NCBI GenBank assembly: GCA_036785375.1
Contig: JAWMAR010000471.1
Location: forward strand, 434,001 to 498,000
DNA: 64,000 nt
DNA from: Leucoraja ocellata
Taxonomy: Eukaryota
Reading direction: 5' to 3'
Position numbers and translations under genes: made by a program. The notes beneath the pieces are model-generated. The model was not told the DNA's origin and did not search any database. It was given only the letters and a program-made list of their open reading frames with translations. Shown piece by piece: positions 10,845 to 24,269 of this stretch (within the stretch, counting starts at the first letter, position 1; the number at the start of each line of letters is the position of its first letter).

Positions 10845-12765
10845 GACTGTGGTAACAGAGTCAGCTGACAGAGCTCTGTACAGGGCTGCTCGAGCCGATC
10901 TGAAAAGTGGTATTAAAAAAGCCAAGGCGGACCATAAGAGGAGCATAGAGTCCCACTTGACCAGAAATAATACACGGGAGGTATGGCGGGGCATACAAGA
11001 CATTACCAACTACAGAGGCTGTGCCACAAAGTCAGAAGACCTGAGTGTGCCGCTGGCAGAAAAGCTAAATTGCTTCTTCTCCCGCTTTGAAACATCACAA
11101 CAGCAGCACTCACCTGCTACAGCCCTGTTCCCACCCTCACCTGGCTCCTGTACTGCTCCACTCACTGTCAGGGAGCACGATGTCAGACGGATGCTCCTGG
11201 CAGTGAACCCCAAGAAGGCTACCGGCCCAGATGGAGTACCTGGTAAGGTGGTCAAAGCGTGTGCCCACCAGCTCACTGCCATCTTCACCAGAATTTTCAA
11301 CCTCTCCCTGGACCAGGCAGTTATTCCGTCCTGCCTAAAATCAGCCACACTCGTCCCAGTGCCGAAGAAGTCTCCCATCACCAGCCTTAATGATTACCGT
11401 CCTGTGGCCGTCACTCCGGTAATCACGAAGTGCTTCGAGAGATTGGTCCTCCAGCACATCAAGGACTATCTACCACCAGACTTCGACCCCCCACCAATTC
11501 GCTTATCGCCAAAACAGATCCACGGAAGACGCCATTACCGTAGCTCTCCACTCTGTGCTGAGCCATCTGGAGCAGGGGCAGAGCTACGTCCGGATGCTCT
11601 TTGTGGATTATAGCTCAGCTTTCAATACAATCATTCCGGACATTCTCATTGATAAACTGGTCACTCCGGGCCTCCCCACTCTCACATGTGCCTGGATAAA
11701 AGATTTCCTCACCAACCGGCCCCAGACTGTGAGACTCGGCCCCCACCTCTCCTCCACTCGCAGGTTGAGTACCGGCTCCCCACAGGGCTGTGTGCTAAGC
11801 CCCCTCTTATACTGTCTCTACACCTACGACTGTAGTCCGGCCCACAACAACAACCGCATCGTCAAATTTGCTGACGACACTACTGTAGTCGGACTTATTT
11901 CAAAGGGAGACGAGGCAGCCTACAGAGAGGAAGTCCTGAAGTTGACAACCTGGTGCTCAGAAAACAATCTGGCTCTGAACACCAGGAAAACAAAATAGCT
12001 CATTGTCGACTTCAGGAGGCACAGCACCGACTTAGTCCCCCTACATATCAACGGCGAGTGTGTGGAGAGGGTCAACACCTTCCGGTTTCTCGGCGTCCAT
12101 ATCGCTGCTGATATCTCCTGGACAGCCAACACGACAGCGGTCATCAAGAAGGCTCAGCAGCGGCTGCACTTCCTGAGGGTCCTCAGGAAGCACAACCTGG
12201 ACTCTAACCTGCTGCTGACCTTCTACCGCTCGTCCATCGAGAGCCTACTGACATACTGCATTACAGCATGGTATGGCAGCTGCACCATGGCAGACAGGGA
12301 GAGGCTTCAGAAGGTAACTAGGACAGCACAGAAGATCATTGGCTGCCCTCTCCCCACCCTGATGGACATTTACACCTCCCGCTGCCTTAGCAGGGCAAAG
12401 AATATCATCAAGGACAGCTCCCATCCTGCGTTTGGACTGTTCGACCTGCTGCCCTCTGGAAGGCGCTATAGGTGCATCAAATCCAGGACAAATAGACTCA
12501 GGAATAGTTGTTTTCCGAAAATTATAACTACCCTTAATTCACACATGCACTGACTTCACAGCCGAACACCCGGACTTCCATCTGTATATATGTATGTAGC
12601 GCCGCAGAATTGTGCACCTATCCCCCCCCCCTTCTCCCTTCTGTTTTTGTTTTCTGTTTCTTGTTTTTTGTACTAAATTATATGTATGCACTGAGTACGA
12701 GCAGCTTTTAATTTCATTGTACATGTATAGTGACAATAAATGGCATATCATATCATATCATATAA
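10845..12765 (+). mobile_element. 5'-truncated Rex1/Babar LINE; RT disrupted by a frameshift (~11490) and a TAG stop (11996-11998)
   Basis: [43 protein letters not shown] motifs; (ATATC)n tail. Confidence 0.93.
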
Positions 12766-13184
12766 AACGTGATTCAAGTGGCTTATTATAACTATTAGAA
12801 GTGGATTCTAAGAAAGGAGTTTTTTTATTAAACTTACAATAAGATGTTTGATAATCACAGTAACATAAATGAAAGGGTAGAGGCGGCGGGTACCTCTGGA
12901 ATACGTAATCAGAATGGACATTATTTTATGGGAAATACTTTAATTTAACTTTAAGCTTCACATCATTAACGTCGTGTTAAAACGGAATTGCCTAACAGCT
13001 GCTGAACAGACGAAACATCGCGTTCCACCCAAAAATAAATGATCTTCAAATATACATAATTATCCACAGGTCTCCCTGATCATCCATCCATCTATTATTA
13101 TATCTCTATTTCCTGGCAGTCCAGCTGATCACAACAGCAATCACAGCCACCTAGAGGCAGAGAATACGCAACAGCACTCGTCAA

Positions 13185-13823
13185 TTAACCATATAACAAA
13201 ACATATAACAATTACAGCACGGAAACAGGCCATCTCGGCCCTACAAGACCGTGCCGAACAATTTTTTTCCCTTAGTCCCACCTGCCTGCACTCATACCAT
13301 AACCCTCCATTCCCTTCTCATCCATATGCCTATCCAATTTATTTTTTAAATGATACCAACGAACCTGCCTCCACCACTTCCACTGGAAGCTCATTCCACA
13401 GCGCTACCACTCTCTGAGTAAAGAAGTTCCCCCTCATGTTACCCCTAAACTTATCCTTCTCCTTGTTATCCCTCTCTTTGTACAATTGTAACATTACATC
13501 CCAGCTTCTATACTCAATGTTCTGATTTATAAAGGCTAGCATACCAAAAGCTTTCTTTACCACCCTATCTATATGAGATTCCACCTTCAAGGAACTATGC
13601 ACGGTTATACCCAGATCCCTCTGTTCAACTGTATTCTTCAATTCCCTACCATTTACCATGTACGTCCTTTTTAGATTTGTCCTGCCAAGGTGTAGCACCT
13701 CACATTTATCAGCGTGAAACTCCATCTGCCATCGTTCAGCCCATTCTTCCAAATGGCCTAAATCACTCTGTAGACTTTGGAAATCCTCTTCAAAGTCTAC
13801 AGAGTGATTTAGGCCATTTGGAA
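13185..13823 (-). mobile_element. CR1 LINE fragment with a fold-back at its 5' junction
   Basis: WAERWQMEF..DLGITVHSSLK; 33-bp inverted repeat 13747-13779/13791-13823. Confidence 0.85.
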
Positions 13824-13869
13824 TTCTACAAGGCACAGAAAGACCATGCAAACCAAACAAGACGTTTAA

Positions 13870-14345
13870 TATGTTTGAGAAGGGACTGCAATGCTGGAAA
13901 ATAGAAGGTAGACAAACGTGCTGGAGAAACTCAGCGGGTGCGGCAGCATCTGTGGGGCGAAGGAAATAGGCGGAAACCCTTCTACAGACTGATGTTGGCG
14001 GGGGCGGGAAAAATAAAGAAAGAGGAGGAGCCAGAGGGCTGAGGGAGAGCTAAGAATGGGAGGAGACAGTGAGGGCTACCGGAAATTGGAGAAGTCAATG
14101 TTCATGCCGCTGGGGTGTAAACTACCCAAACGAAATATGAGATGCTGTTCCTCCAATTTCCGGCCGTGCTCACTCTGGCCATGGAGGAGGCCCAGGAAGA
14201 CAGAAAGGTCAGATTCGGAATGGGAGGGGGATTGACGTGCTGAGCCACCGGGAGATCAGGTTGGTTATTGCGGACCGAGCGGAGATGTTCGGAAGGAACT
14301 TCAGATGCTGGAGAATCGAAGGTCGACAAATCAAGTGCTGGAGGA
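13870..14345 (-). mobile_element. Penelope-like element fragment (GIY-YIG endonuclease C-terminus and terminal repeat)
   Basis: EHLRSVRNNQPDLPVAQH, then after a frameshift KLEEQHLIFRLGSLHPSGMNIDFS; followed by the shared terminal repeat. Confidence 0.75.
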
Positions 14346-14509
14346 GGAACATATAATACAAAGGTTACTTGGAATTCGCCCATGGAAGTGCATGGGTTGG
14401 ACCGTGGTGATCCGTTCCTGAGCGACGCGTTATGAATAAGACGAGAGAGACGGCTCAAAGATGCAAGAATTTTATTTAGGAGCTGTCTCCGTAAATATAT
14501 TATCTATCC

Positions 14510-14548
14510 CGTTTCTGTACCGCTGGTCTCTCGTCCTCAAACACTGTG
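14510..14548 (-). other. Orphan 23-RSS with a 10-nt V-end remnant (TGC GCC GTC T)
   Basis: CACAGTG + 23 nt + ACAGAAACG, preceded by C-A-V codons as in V5; no V exon upstream. Confidence 0.65.
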
Positions 14549-14684
14549 AGACGGCGCACAGAGCGATATTGAAGATAAGAGATTGTGAATCGCACCCCTC
14601 CATCCACCCACGCCCCGACACACATTTCCATTTGAACATATATTTATTCTTTGTACTTATTATCAAGGGAATCAAATGTTGTAT

Positions 14685-15135
14685 TCCCGATCCTGGCCCC
14701 TCTCCACTGGCTCCCTGTGCGGTTCCGTATACATTTCAAGACTCCCCTCTATGTCTACAAAGCCCTCGATAGGCTTACCCCCTCCTACATTAAAAGTCTT
14801 CTCACCCACAACTCAGATCGACCGACTTGGGGCTTCTGAATATCCCTCGGTCTAGGCATAAACTTAGGGGGCGACCGCGCCTTTGCGGTTGCAGCTCCTA
14901 GACTGTGAAACAGCATCCCCCTTCCCATCAGAACTGCCTCCTCCATCGACTCCTTTAAGTCTAGACTAAAACATTATCTATACTCACAAGCCTTTCCTGA
15001 CGTCCACTGAGCGAGGGTTATATGTATATATGTATGTAGTTTGTTTGTTTATACTATTCTTATAACAAATGTAAAGCACTTTGGCCAACGAGAGATGTGT
15101 TTTAAATGTGCTATATAAATAAATGTGACTTGACT
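14685..15135 (+). mobile_element. L2-clade LINE 3' fragment
   Basis: PILAPLHWLPVRFRIHFK..YKAL; tail GTAAAGCACTTTGG...TGTGCTATATAAATAAA. Confidence 0.85.
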
Positions 15136-15160
15136 AAATGTGACTATTCTCACGTACTCA

Positions 15161-16068
15161 CTATTTGACCCATTTCCTAATTTCTTTCAAGGGGGATTGA
15201 ATCGCATTTTTCAACTGCTCTCTGAATTTGGTCTGCGTCCCTGCATAAATGCAGGAGTTGGTGCAGGAACTGAGAAGCTCCAACATGTATCCGCTCTCCT
15301 GTAGAATAAACCTTGGGTCATTGGAATTGGAGCCGCTGGCATAGTTGTTGCTGGTAAATTGCACATATAGAAAATTGACAACATATGTCAACCGGAACAG
15401 GAGAAAGCTGCCCGAGATTGCCATGAGTAAAATGATGGACTTTCGCCTGCTCTCCATCTCTGGGTCCCTCTGTTTGGGACCAGTGCTCTGGGCCCTGAGC
15501 CTCCTGCGTACTCCACTGGCTGACAGAATGTGCCTGACCGTCAGAATATTGAGCAGGAAAATCGAAACGAAGGGGAAAAAGGGATTTATAATGCGGTCAA
15601 ACCAGTCAGAAACCCTCCATGCAATCGAAGTATAATATACATCTTTTATGGTGCAGTACCAGGGCACATCGTCAATGATGTAGGCTGGCTCGTATACAAA
15701 GTAGGTTGGGACGTTTTTCAAACAACCCACCACACAGATTGCGCACACGACGATATTCGCGATTCTCTCACGGCAATACCTAAGCTTCAGTCCCTGGCAA
15801 CAAATGGCGATGAAGCGATCGAATGTGAATGCGACCGTCAGCCAAGAGGACGTGTCCTTGGACGCCCAGCTCAGGACAATAACGAGACTGCAACCCGGAG
15901 TGACGGAGAGCAAGCTGACTGGAAAATATATCGCTCGAAGTCGGCTTAATATCACAGCGTTAATAATAACCAGGAAATCCGTCACTGCCATGAACACCAG
16001 GTAGCGTGTGATGCATTTGGAGAGACCACATCCTCCGATTGACAGGATGACTATCGTTACTAAGTTCG
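15161..16068 (-). CDS. GPR139/142-like class A GPCR G1, exon 2 (protein 325 aa)
   Basis: Acceptor TCTTACAG; ANLVTIVILS, MAVTD, TFDRF, TM5 NPFFP, NSCIY; open to TAG. Confidence 0.92.
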
Positions 16069-17912
16069 CTGTAAGAGAAAGGGAGATACTGGATCAGTCT
16101 GAATCAGGCTGCCCTCTACATCATCAGCGTATTGAGGAAACGGGAAAATGTATTTTCCCAATTAATCTTTACAATACAATACAATACAATATTCATTGTT
16201 ATTTGAACCGCAGTAGGCTTAAACGAAATTCTGTTTCTACAGCCATACAAACAAAAAAACGATTCCTACTCGACGCACAACCAATTCACACAAACATCCA
16301 TCACAGTGAACCTCTTCCTCACTGTGGTGGAAGGTAAAGTCTTTTCTTTCCCCAGTTCTCCATTTTTCTCCCGATGTTGAAGCCCGTTGTAATCTTAATG
16401 CTATTGGAATGCCTAAATGGATATCAATGTGCGCTTTGAGCTGATTATGCCAGTTGAACTCGCGAATGTTAAACAAAGGTCTTAATTGCCCGCTTCAAGG
16501 ATCCAAACTGGTAAAATACCCCAAGAATGACCCACCGAGTCCACGGGGAACATCGCTCTCCCGTTCACTCGAGTTCTGTCATCACACGGTCAAGGGGCAA
16601 TTTATCGTATGAAAGAATGAATAAGAACGAATTAGTTTATTAACCAAGTATTCACATACAAGGAATTTGCCTTGGTGCTCCGACCGCAAGTGACAACATA
16701 CAGTGGCCTAGGAATGACACATAAAACATTAAACATTAATATTAAAATGTATCGATTAAACATGTGAATTAAATAAAATACCAGAACAAAAGGAGGCTAC
16801 AGATTTTTGGTTATTGAGTCGTGGAAAAAAAATCTGTTTTTTTTATTTCTGGGTGTGGCAGCGTTGACAGTCCGGAGTCGCCTTCCAGAGGTAAGTGATT
16901 CAAAGAGTCTGTGTATATCTATACACTGTAATTTGCTCGATTGCAATCATATATTGTCTTACTGCTGACTGGGTGGCATAAAAAACACAAGCTTTTCACT
17001 ATACCTCGGCACACGTGACAGTAAACAAAGTTGTAAATTGCAAACTGTAAACTGTATAATACAACTGTATAAACTGTAAACTGTATAAACTGTATAACTG
17101 TATATGGATGAGAAGGGAATGGAGGGTTATAGTACGAGTGCAGGCAGGTGGGACTAAGGGGAAAAAAAATTGTTCGGCTTGGACTTGTAGGGCCGAGATG
17201 GCCTGTTTCCGTGCTGTAATTGTTATATGGTTATATGGTTATATGGTTATATGGAAGCAAAAGCATTCTGGTTTAAAAACTGCATCATATCAACCTGAAC
17301 ATTCCGTGTTGATGTTATATTCCCACATGCCTAATTATTCATCGTGGTAAATAATTTGTTACATACCCGTGCAAAAGTAACACCAGAAAATAAACATTTA
17401 GGTAGATTAGTATGTGGGACACCGCAGCAAACGTTTGTGGATGGATAACGAGAAGTTGCATCGGTCGGACAGGATGAGCATGTGTAATTAGCTTAATATC
17501 CTCAGTCGATAAATCAATTTTAAATGATAGCAACGAGGCACGTTTCAAATTTTAAGCAGATTACTATCAGTGATGTTCTCACTTGCCCAGAGAACGTCGA
17601 TATTCCAGTCAAAAGTGCAATCAAACGTAATTTTAAACAAAAGATGAGACAAGAAATATACGCGATTTCATTGCACAGGCCAATATTATAGAACACGTTA
17701 TTTTTGAATCAATATTAACAACCTCCCCTTGCAAGTAATTTGGTCAAATTAATATTTACTTTCAATCTCACAAACAGCGGAGATCTGGGGCCGTATTTTC
17801 TTTGCACCGTAAGAAAACTGAAATAAAATGACCACCAATTAGTAATAAGCAATTGCTGCGCGGCGTGACCGACAGAGTCACTGTCCGTTGTTAACAGGTA
17901 CTGGTGCCTTAC

Positions 17913-17982
17913 CTGGGACACCGAACGATGCAAGGAGAGAATAGTAAATTGCAAAGACCGGCCCATTTCCAGGAGCGTGCAT
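17913..17982 (-). CDS. GPCR G1 exon 1 (MHAPGNGPVFAIYYSLLASFGVP)
   Basis: 70-nt exon conserved in all 4 paralogues; donor GTAAGG; phase 1 matches exon 2. Confidence 0.9.
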
Positions 17983-19273
17983 TTTTCTTCTGAACGGTAG
18001 TCTAATGAGATGCAATGTCAGATATCGGCGCTTCCGCACATCTTTATTCACACGATTGTATTCCCTGAAGTGGCAATTAACCTGGATTACGACAAAGTGT
18101 TGATTGCAGTATTCTGAACGAAGAGATCAAACAGCCATGATAATGCGTTTTGAAATTAAGCAGATGTAATGCATTTAAAGTGAAAGCACAAATCAGATAC
18201 AATAGAAGTTTGTTACTGGTATTGGTTTCGATAAGCCCCTGTCCCACTTAGGAAACCTGAACGGAAACCTCTGGAGACGTTTCGCCCCACCCAAAGTTCC
18301 CGTGCGGTTTCCGGAGGATCCCGGAGGTTTTTGTCAGTCTCCCTACCTGTTTCCACTACCTGCAACCTCCGGCAACCACCTGCAACCTCCGGAAACCGCA
18401 CGGAAACCTTGGTACACTAGTTCTGTAATCCCATTTTAGCACCAACTCCTTGCACCGTATGGCCTCGCTTGGAAGATGAAGCATGGCAAAAGGCCCCTCG
18501 AATGACCCAGGGACTGCACGCCGGGCATCGTTCAACCGTTCACACCAGTTATGTAATGCCATTTTAGCACCCACTCTCTACACATTGGGGGCAATTCACA
18601 CATAAGAATTAACGTGCATCCAACACGGCTTTGGATTCGAAGTGACCAATGTAATATGTTTGGCCGACTCATCGTGCAACGTGAAATTTGCCTGACCACG
18701 GAGTCCTGACGTTAGTTAAACATTATGGAGGCTTCCTTTAAAATAAGATGGACCGTTGTGACATACCAACAAGATGTCAGGTAAAGGTTGAAGGACATGT
18801 GTACTATGACCGATGATTGGGTAATGACTGACAGGGACCACTGGAATATGAACTCAGGCTGGGCGCTGCATAATGGGGAATTATATAGTTTGAAGAAGAA
18901 ATTACATGAAAAACGGTATCGTCCCAAAACGTTGCCTATTTCCTTCGCTCCATAGATGCTGCCCCATCCGCTGAGTTTCTCCAGCATTTTTGTCTACCTT
19001 TGGTGTAATTTAAATGCAGGTGTCACGTGGTGTTGTCGTGGAATTGAAAAAAGGAATGGTGGGTGTTTCACTGGGAGCAGACTCATAGGAAAATAATCCA
19101 GGCCTTCCTTGTGTCTTTTACCAGTGTCTGTTCCTGATCTATTGCTGAAAGAGATGACAGGTTAAACTAAGCACTTCCGCCTGCACGTGTCCAAATCCCT
19201 GCATGTTCAGGTGCCTATCTAAAAGGCTCTTCAATGCCACTATTGTATCTGCCCCAGCGCTACCCTCAATTGT

Positions 19274-19500
19274 GGGACAACAGATGGCGCAATGGGCTAA
19301 GTGTTCGGCTGGCGACCGGAAGGTAGCCGGTTCGAATCCCGCTTGGAGTGCATACTGTCGTTGTGTCCTTGGGGCAAGACACTTCACCCACCTTTGCCTG
19401 TGTGTAAATGTAATGTAATTATGTGAAGCACTTTGGGGTCAATGCAAGTTGACTAAAAATGTGCTATATAAATAAGATTATTATTATTATTATTATATTA
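19274..19500 (+). mobile_element. tRNA-derived CORE-type SINE with L2-like tail
   Basis: A/B boxes (TGGCGCAATGG, GGTTCGAATCCC), core GTGTCCTTGGGGCAAGACACTTCACCC, tail like the L2 at ~15070-15125, (ATT)n end. Confidence 0.8.
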
Positions 19501-20109
19501 TTAACTGTGATCAGCCATGATCACTATGAATGGCCGTGCTGGTCAAAGGGCCAAATAGCTTCTTTCTGCGCATATATTCTATGTTCCCCTGTTTCTATGT
19601 GCGTTCCAGGGCCCTACCACTCCGTGTAAAAAATAAAATAAAAATCCACCGATTCACTTTTAACCGGAATGTTCAGCAAGTGTAATGCAAACATTTTCTG
19701 TTTGGTATTGCAGCAGTCAGAGAGATATGAATCGTGCTTTCGGCAATCACAGCGTATCCCTCAATTAATGTGGACTTATTCTAGACATGCAATTTTAGTA
19801 ACGGCTGTGATATAGGCAGAGATCCAGCCTGGTGCTATGGCTGGTGTTGCAATATCAGAAGAGATGTACAGCGTACAGGATACAGTTTGGTTTGAAGTAG
19901 AGGTCTGAAGTAGTGCTCGTTTTAAGTGCCTTCAATATGATCAATTCATTGAAGCAAGAATGCTGGAGAAACTCACCGGGTAAGGCAGCATCTGTGGAGC
20001 GAAGCAATAGACGACGTTTCTGGTCGAGACCCTTCTTCAGAAAGGTCTTCTTCAGGAGAAGGGTTTATTCTTCAGAAGAAGGGTCTCGACCCGACCCGCT
20101 GCCTCGCCA

Positions 20110-20775
20110 GATAGAAGCAAATGGCATGTTAGCATTCATAGCAAAAGGATTTGAGTATACGAGCAGGGAGGTTCTACTGCAGTTGTCCAGGTCTTGGTGA
20201 GACCACACCTGGAGTATTGCGCACAGTTTTGTTCTCCTAATCTGAGGAAAGATATTCTTGCCATAGAGAGAGTACAGTGAAGGTTCACCCGACTGATTCC
20301 TGGGATGGCAGGACTTTCATATGAAGAAAGGCTGGATAGACTCGGCTTGTACACGCTAGAATTCAGAAGGTTGAGGAGGGATCTTATAGAAACTTATAAA
20401 ATTCTTAAGGGGTTGGACAGGTTAGATGCAGGATGATTATTCCCGATGTTGGGGAAGTCCAGAACTAGGGGCCACAGTTTAAGGATAAGAGGGACGTATT
20501 TTAGGACCGAGATGAGAATATCATTTTTTTACACAGAGAGTGGTGAATCTGTGGAATTCTCTGGCACAGAAGGTAGTTGAGGCCAGTTCATTGGCTATAT
20601 TTAAGAGATAGTTAGATGTGGCCCTTGTGTCTAAAGGGATCAGGGGGTATGGAGAGAAGGCAGGGATGGGATACTGAGTCGGATGATTAGCCACGATCAT
20701 ATCGAATGGCGTTGCAGGCTCGAAGGGCCGAATGGCCTACTCCTGCACCTATTTTCTATGTTTCTATGTTTCTAT
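20110..20775 (+). mobile_element. CR1/HER1-like LINE 3' fragment
   Basis: [14 protein letters not shown]..; TTTCTATG tail. Confidence 0.88.
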
Positions 20776-21012
20776 GAGATTCTCCAGCATTTTTGTCTGC
20801 CTTCGATTTTTCCAGCATCTGCAGTTCTTTCTTAAACAATTCGTTGAAGCATGTAAGTTTGTGAGCTAATTTGTTTTTCTCCGAGAAATGCAACTAACAA
20901 TGTTAATGGTTTGAGCTATTTTTAGATTCAATGGCGTGATCTAATATAAGGAGATGTACTGCAGTATTAATTTCACAATCGACATTTTACCAGGACGTCG
21001 TCCTAACGGATT

Positions 21013-21082
21013 ATGCACGCGCCTGGGAATGGACCTGTCTTCGCTATTTATTATTCTGCCCTTGCTGCTTTCGGCGTTCCAG
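21013..21082 (+). CDS. GPCR G2 exon 1 (MHAPGNGPVFAIYYSALAAFGVP)
   Basis: Conserved 70-nt exon, donor GTGAAG. Confidence 0.9.
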
Positions 21083-21229
21083 GTGAAGAGTGAAAATAGA
21101 CTAAACGTGGACAAAACACGTATAACCGTTCGTTGCTGAGTATTTTGATTGTTCAATATATTTTTTCATGATTTCTTTTCAGCTACCTACAGAGTGTTTC
21201 GACGACGAAGTGTATTCCTTCGATTGTTA

Positions 21230-21533
21230 GGGCCTGTTCCACACTACAAGGTAATTCAAGAGTTCTCCCGAGATTCACCTGATTCGAACTCGGAGAATTA
21301 TGGTAACAGCCACTCGTAGGTATTCGGGGCTCTCGTGGACATTTTTCAACATGTTAAAAAATCTTCACATGTCTTCACGGGTTACCGCGTTCCCCGAGTA
21401 CCTGCCGTTAGCGTTACGAGCTGCTAAGAGACGTCCCGACCTCAGACGTACCCGCTACGTACATTCTACGTACTTACAACGAGTTTGATTTTTTAAAGAG
21501 CTCTTGAATTACCTCGTTGAGTGGGACAGGCCC
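21230..21533. mobile_element. MITE with terminal inverted repeats (possibly PIF/Harbinger-type) in G2 intron
   Basis: GGGCCTGTTCCACACT ... AGTGGGACAGGCCC; subterminal GGTAATTCAAGAG/CTCTTGAATTACC. Confidence 0.65.
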
Positions 21534-21859
21534 TTTACTATTTTAGGTCCCAATGTTAACTTCATTATATATTACTTGACCAGTTTCTGAAGGCTGATTT
21601 AAAAATATTCTCTGATGCACGCAGTTTGGTGCAAGGCACGCACTTTTCGTTCAACGTCGCGTCACATTCAAACGTTTTTACGTCTAATGTTTATTTTTAA
21701 ATTACTTTTATCCTGTATATTTTCTTTGGCGACACAAGGGGCTGTAAATACTGGAATCTTGCAGCAAAACATAAAGTACCGGAGTGATTTAGCTAGGCGG
21801 CAGCATCTGTGGAGGTAATGAATGGGCAACGTATCTGAACCCTTGTATCGACCATGAGA

Positions 21860-22300
21860 CCTGGGATGTCAGCACTTTCATATGAAGAAAGACTGGATAG
21901 ACTCGGCTTGTAGTCGCTAGAACTTAGAAGGTTGAGGGAGGATCTTATAGAAACTTACAAAATTCTAACGGGGTTAGACAAGCTAGATGCAGGAAGATTG
22001 TTCCTGATGTTGGGAAGTCCAGAACAAGGGGTCACAGTTGAAGGATAAGGGGGAATCTTTTAGGACCGAGATGAGAACAACATTTTTTACACAGAGAGTG
22101 GTGAATCTGTGGAATTCTCTGTTGAAGCGAGTTAATTGGCTATATTTAAGATGAAGTTAGATGTGGCCCTTGTGGCTAAAGGTTTCAGGGGGTATGGAGA
22201 GAAGGCAGGTACAGGATACTGAGTTGGATGATCAGCCATGATCATATTGAATGGCGGTGCAGGCTCGAAGGGCCGAGTGGCCTACTCCTGCACATATTTT
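21860..22300 (+). mobile_element. CR1/HER1-like 3' fragment in G2 intron
   Basis: Similar to other copies. Confidence 0.85.
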
Positions 22301-23769
22301 ATAATTTTCTACGTTAAGAGACTTCTCTCAGTAAGCTTCGTGGGGTGGGGTTAGGGATGCGATAAGCAGAACAAGGGCACAGAGGACACATGGGTGAGTG
22401 ATCCACCCGCGACAGCATGGGGAGCTACGTTTACTGAATAAAGGACATTCTGGATAATCTGAAGTGAAATGCTTCGGCGTGGAAGCAGATGCGGCGGTAT
22501 TCGAGAGCAAGGGATGACATTCTTGCAAGTTGCAGGACAGCAGGAAGGTCTGAAGATGGGCCCCGACCCAAAATGTCGCCGATACGTTCTCCCTTACTCA
22601 CCAAAGATTATTGCCCGACCCGCTGTGTTACTCCAGCACTTTTTGTTTTCTAGTGTATTTCTTTCATTTTGTACTTTGATTAAAATATGATAACTATCAC
22701 AGATATTGTGACTGTCTAATGTAAACCATAAATGCGGCATCGTATTGATACATTTCGTATCCAGAGCAGATTGGAATTCTATTTCACCAAGCTCTCCGAC
22801 TTGTTGGTCATCACAACTTTTTTTGAATTGTAGTTCTTATTGTAATCAATAAATTTTCAGGCGCTTTATTGTCACGAGCCCAGTACCTATCTTATGCATA
22901 GCGACGTAATTACACGAACTGAACTCTGAAATCGGTGCCTTAATGCAGAAAGTCATGATCTTTATTTCGGCCATGAATCCTATCCGTATACCAAATGGTT
23001 TTGTAGTGGTTTGTTAACTCGCTTTAGTAACGATATTAACCCACCCCTCCCCCCTTGGGAACTTCTACTGGCAAAGGATGTCGTGTTTGAAATTGGAAGT
23101 TGAGAGGCTGCAATTTTCCACTCAGAAACTGTCTGGAATTGTAAAGTATGATAACATTGAACTATTGTGAACGGGTGGTTGGCGTGATTGGTGGGATGAA
23201 CGGGCTCTTTCCACGTTGTAGCTCTGATATATACTGGACGACGAAACATGAGATAGAAAATGTCTTGAAACATTTGCCAACGTTCATGTTTGCGAGACCT
23301 CTTGGGCCACCGCCACGCCCTTCATCGAAGGAGTCGTTACGATGAAGCTCTGTCAGATTTATCCGCGACACCCCATCACTGGTGGTAGTTTCTTACAAGA
23401 AAAAAAATCTATCTTCATTATGTGTTTCCATGTAAACTGGTTACATTCCATGGACTGTCTGCTGATGTATTAAATTATTCTTACACGATATGCGAAAATG
23501 GGCCTCGTATCACACGCATGAAGAGAATTGGTTGATTATACGCGCGAAATTGGAATTATTTTTATGTCGTTTGTGTGCAGCTCAAGTCAATGGGCGAATT
23601 TAAGACGGAAGTCGACACAATCCGGAATAGTAAGTGTGTCAAGGGTTATGGGGAGAAGGCAGGTGAATGAGTTTGAGCAGTAAAGATAGATCAGCCACGA
23701 TTCAATGGTCGAATAGACAGGATCTGACAGCAATATTAGAATTCGTTGCATTTTCTAGCGGCGAAGCTA

Positions 23770-24237
23770 ATTATTAATTAGCTTACAGAGAAAGATTGAA
23801 CAAGTTAGGTCCTTATTCTCTGGAGCGCAGGAGGCTAAGGGGGACTTGATAGAGGTATTTAACATGATGAGAAGGATAGACAGAGTTGACGTGGATAAGC
23901 TTTTCCCATTGAGAGTAGGGGAGATTCAAACAAGAGGACATGTTTGAGAAATAAGGGATAGAAGTTTAGGGGTAACATGAGGGGGAACTTCTTTACTCGG
24001 AGCGTGGTAGCTGTGAGGAATGAGCTTCCAGTGGAAGTGGTGGAGGCAGTTTCGATTTTATCATTTACAAATAAATTGGATAGGTATATGGACGGGAAAG
24101 GAATGGAGGGTTATGGTCTGAGTGCAGGTAGATGGGACTAGGGCAAAATAAGTGTTCTGCACGGACTAGAAGGGCCGAGATGGCCTGTTTCCGTGCTGTA
24201 ATTGTTATATGTTATACGTTATATGTTATATGTTATA
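23770..24237 (+). mobile_element. CR1 3' fragment ending just before the G2 acceptor
   Basis: Same subfamily as 1670-2300; (TTATATG)n tail. Confidence 0.85.
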
Positions 24238-24269
24238 TTAATATCCCGGTCTCTCCCTCTGTTCTGCAG

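Noticed and set aside
16302-16326. Inverted heptamers CACAGTG-11 nt-CACTGTG in the G1 intron, resembling a D segment or signal joint
   Set aside because: No nonamer at 12 or 23 nt; it lies in a retroelement 3' stem-loop with a similar structure at ~36130-36162.
19274-19350. tRNA-like sequence
   Set aside because: No proper acceptor stem; continues into a SINE core and L2-like tail.
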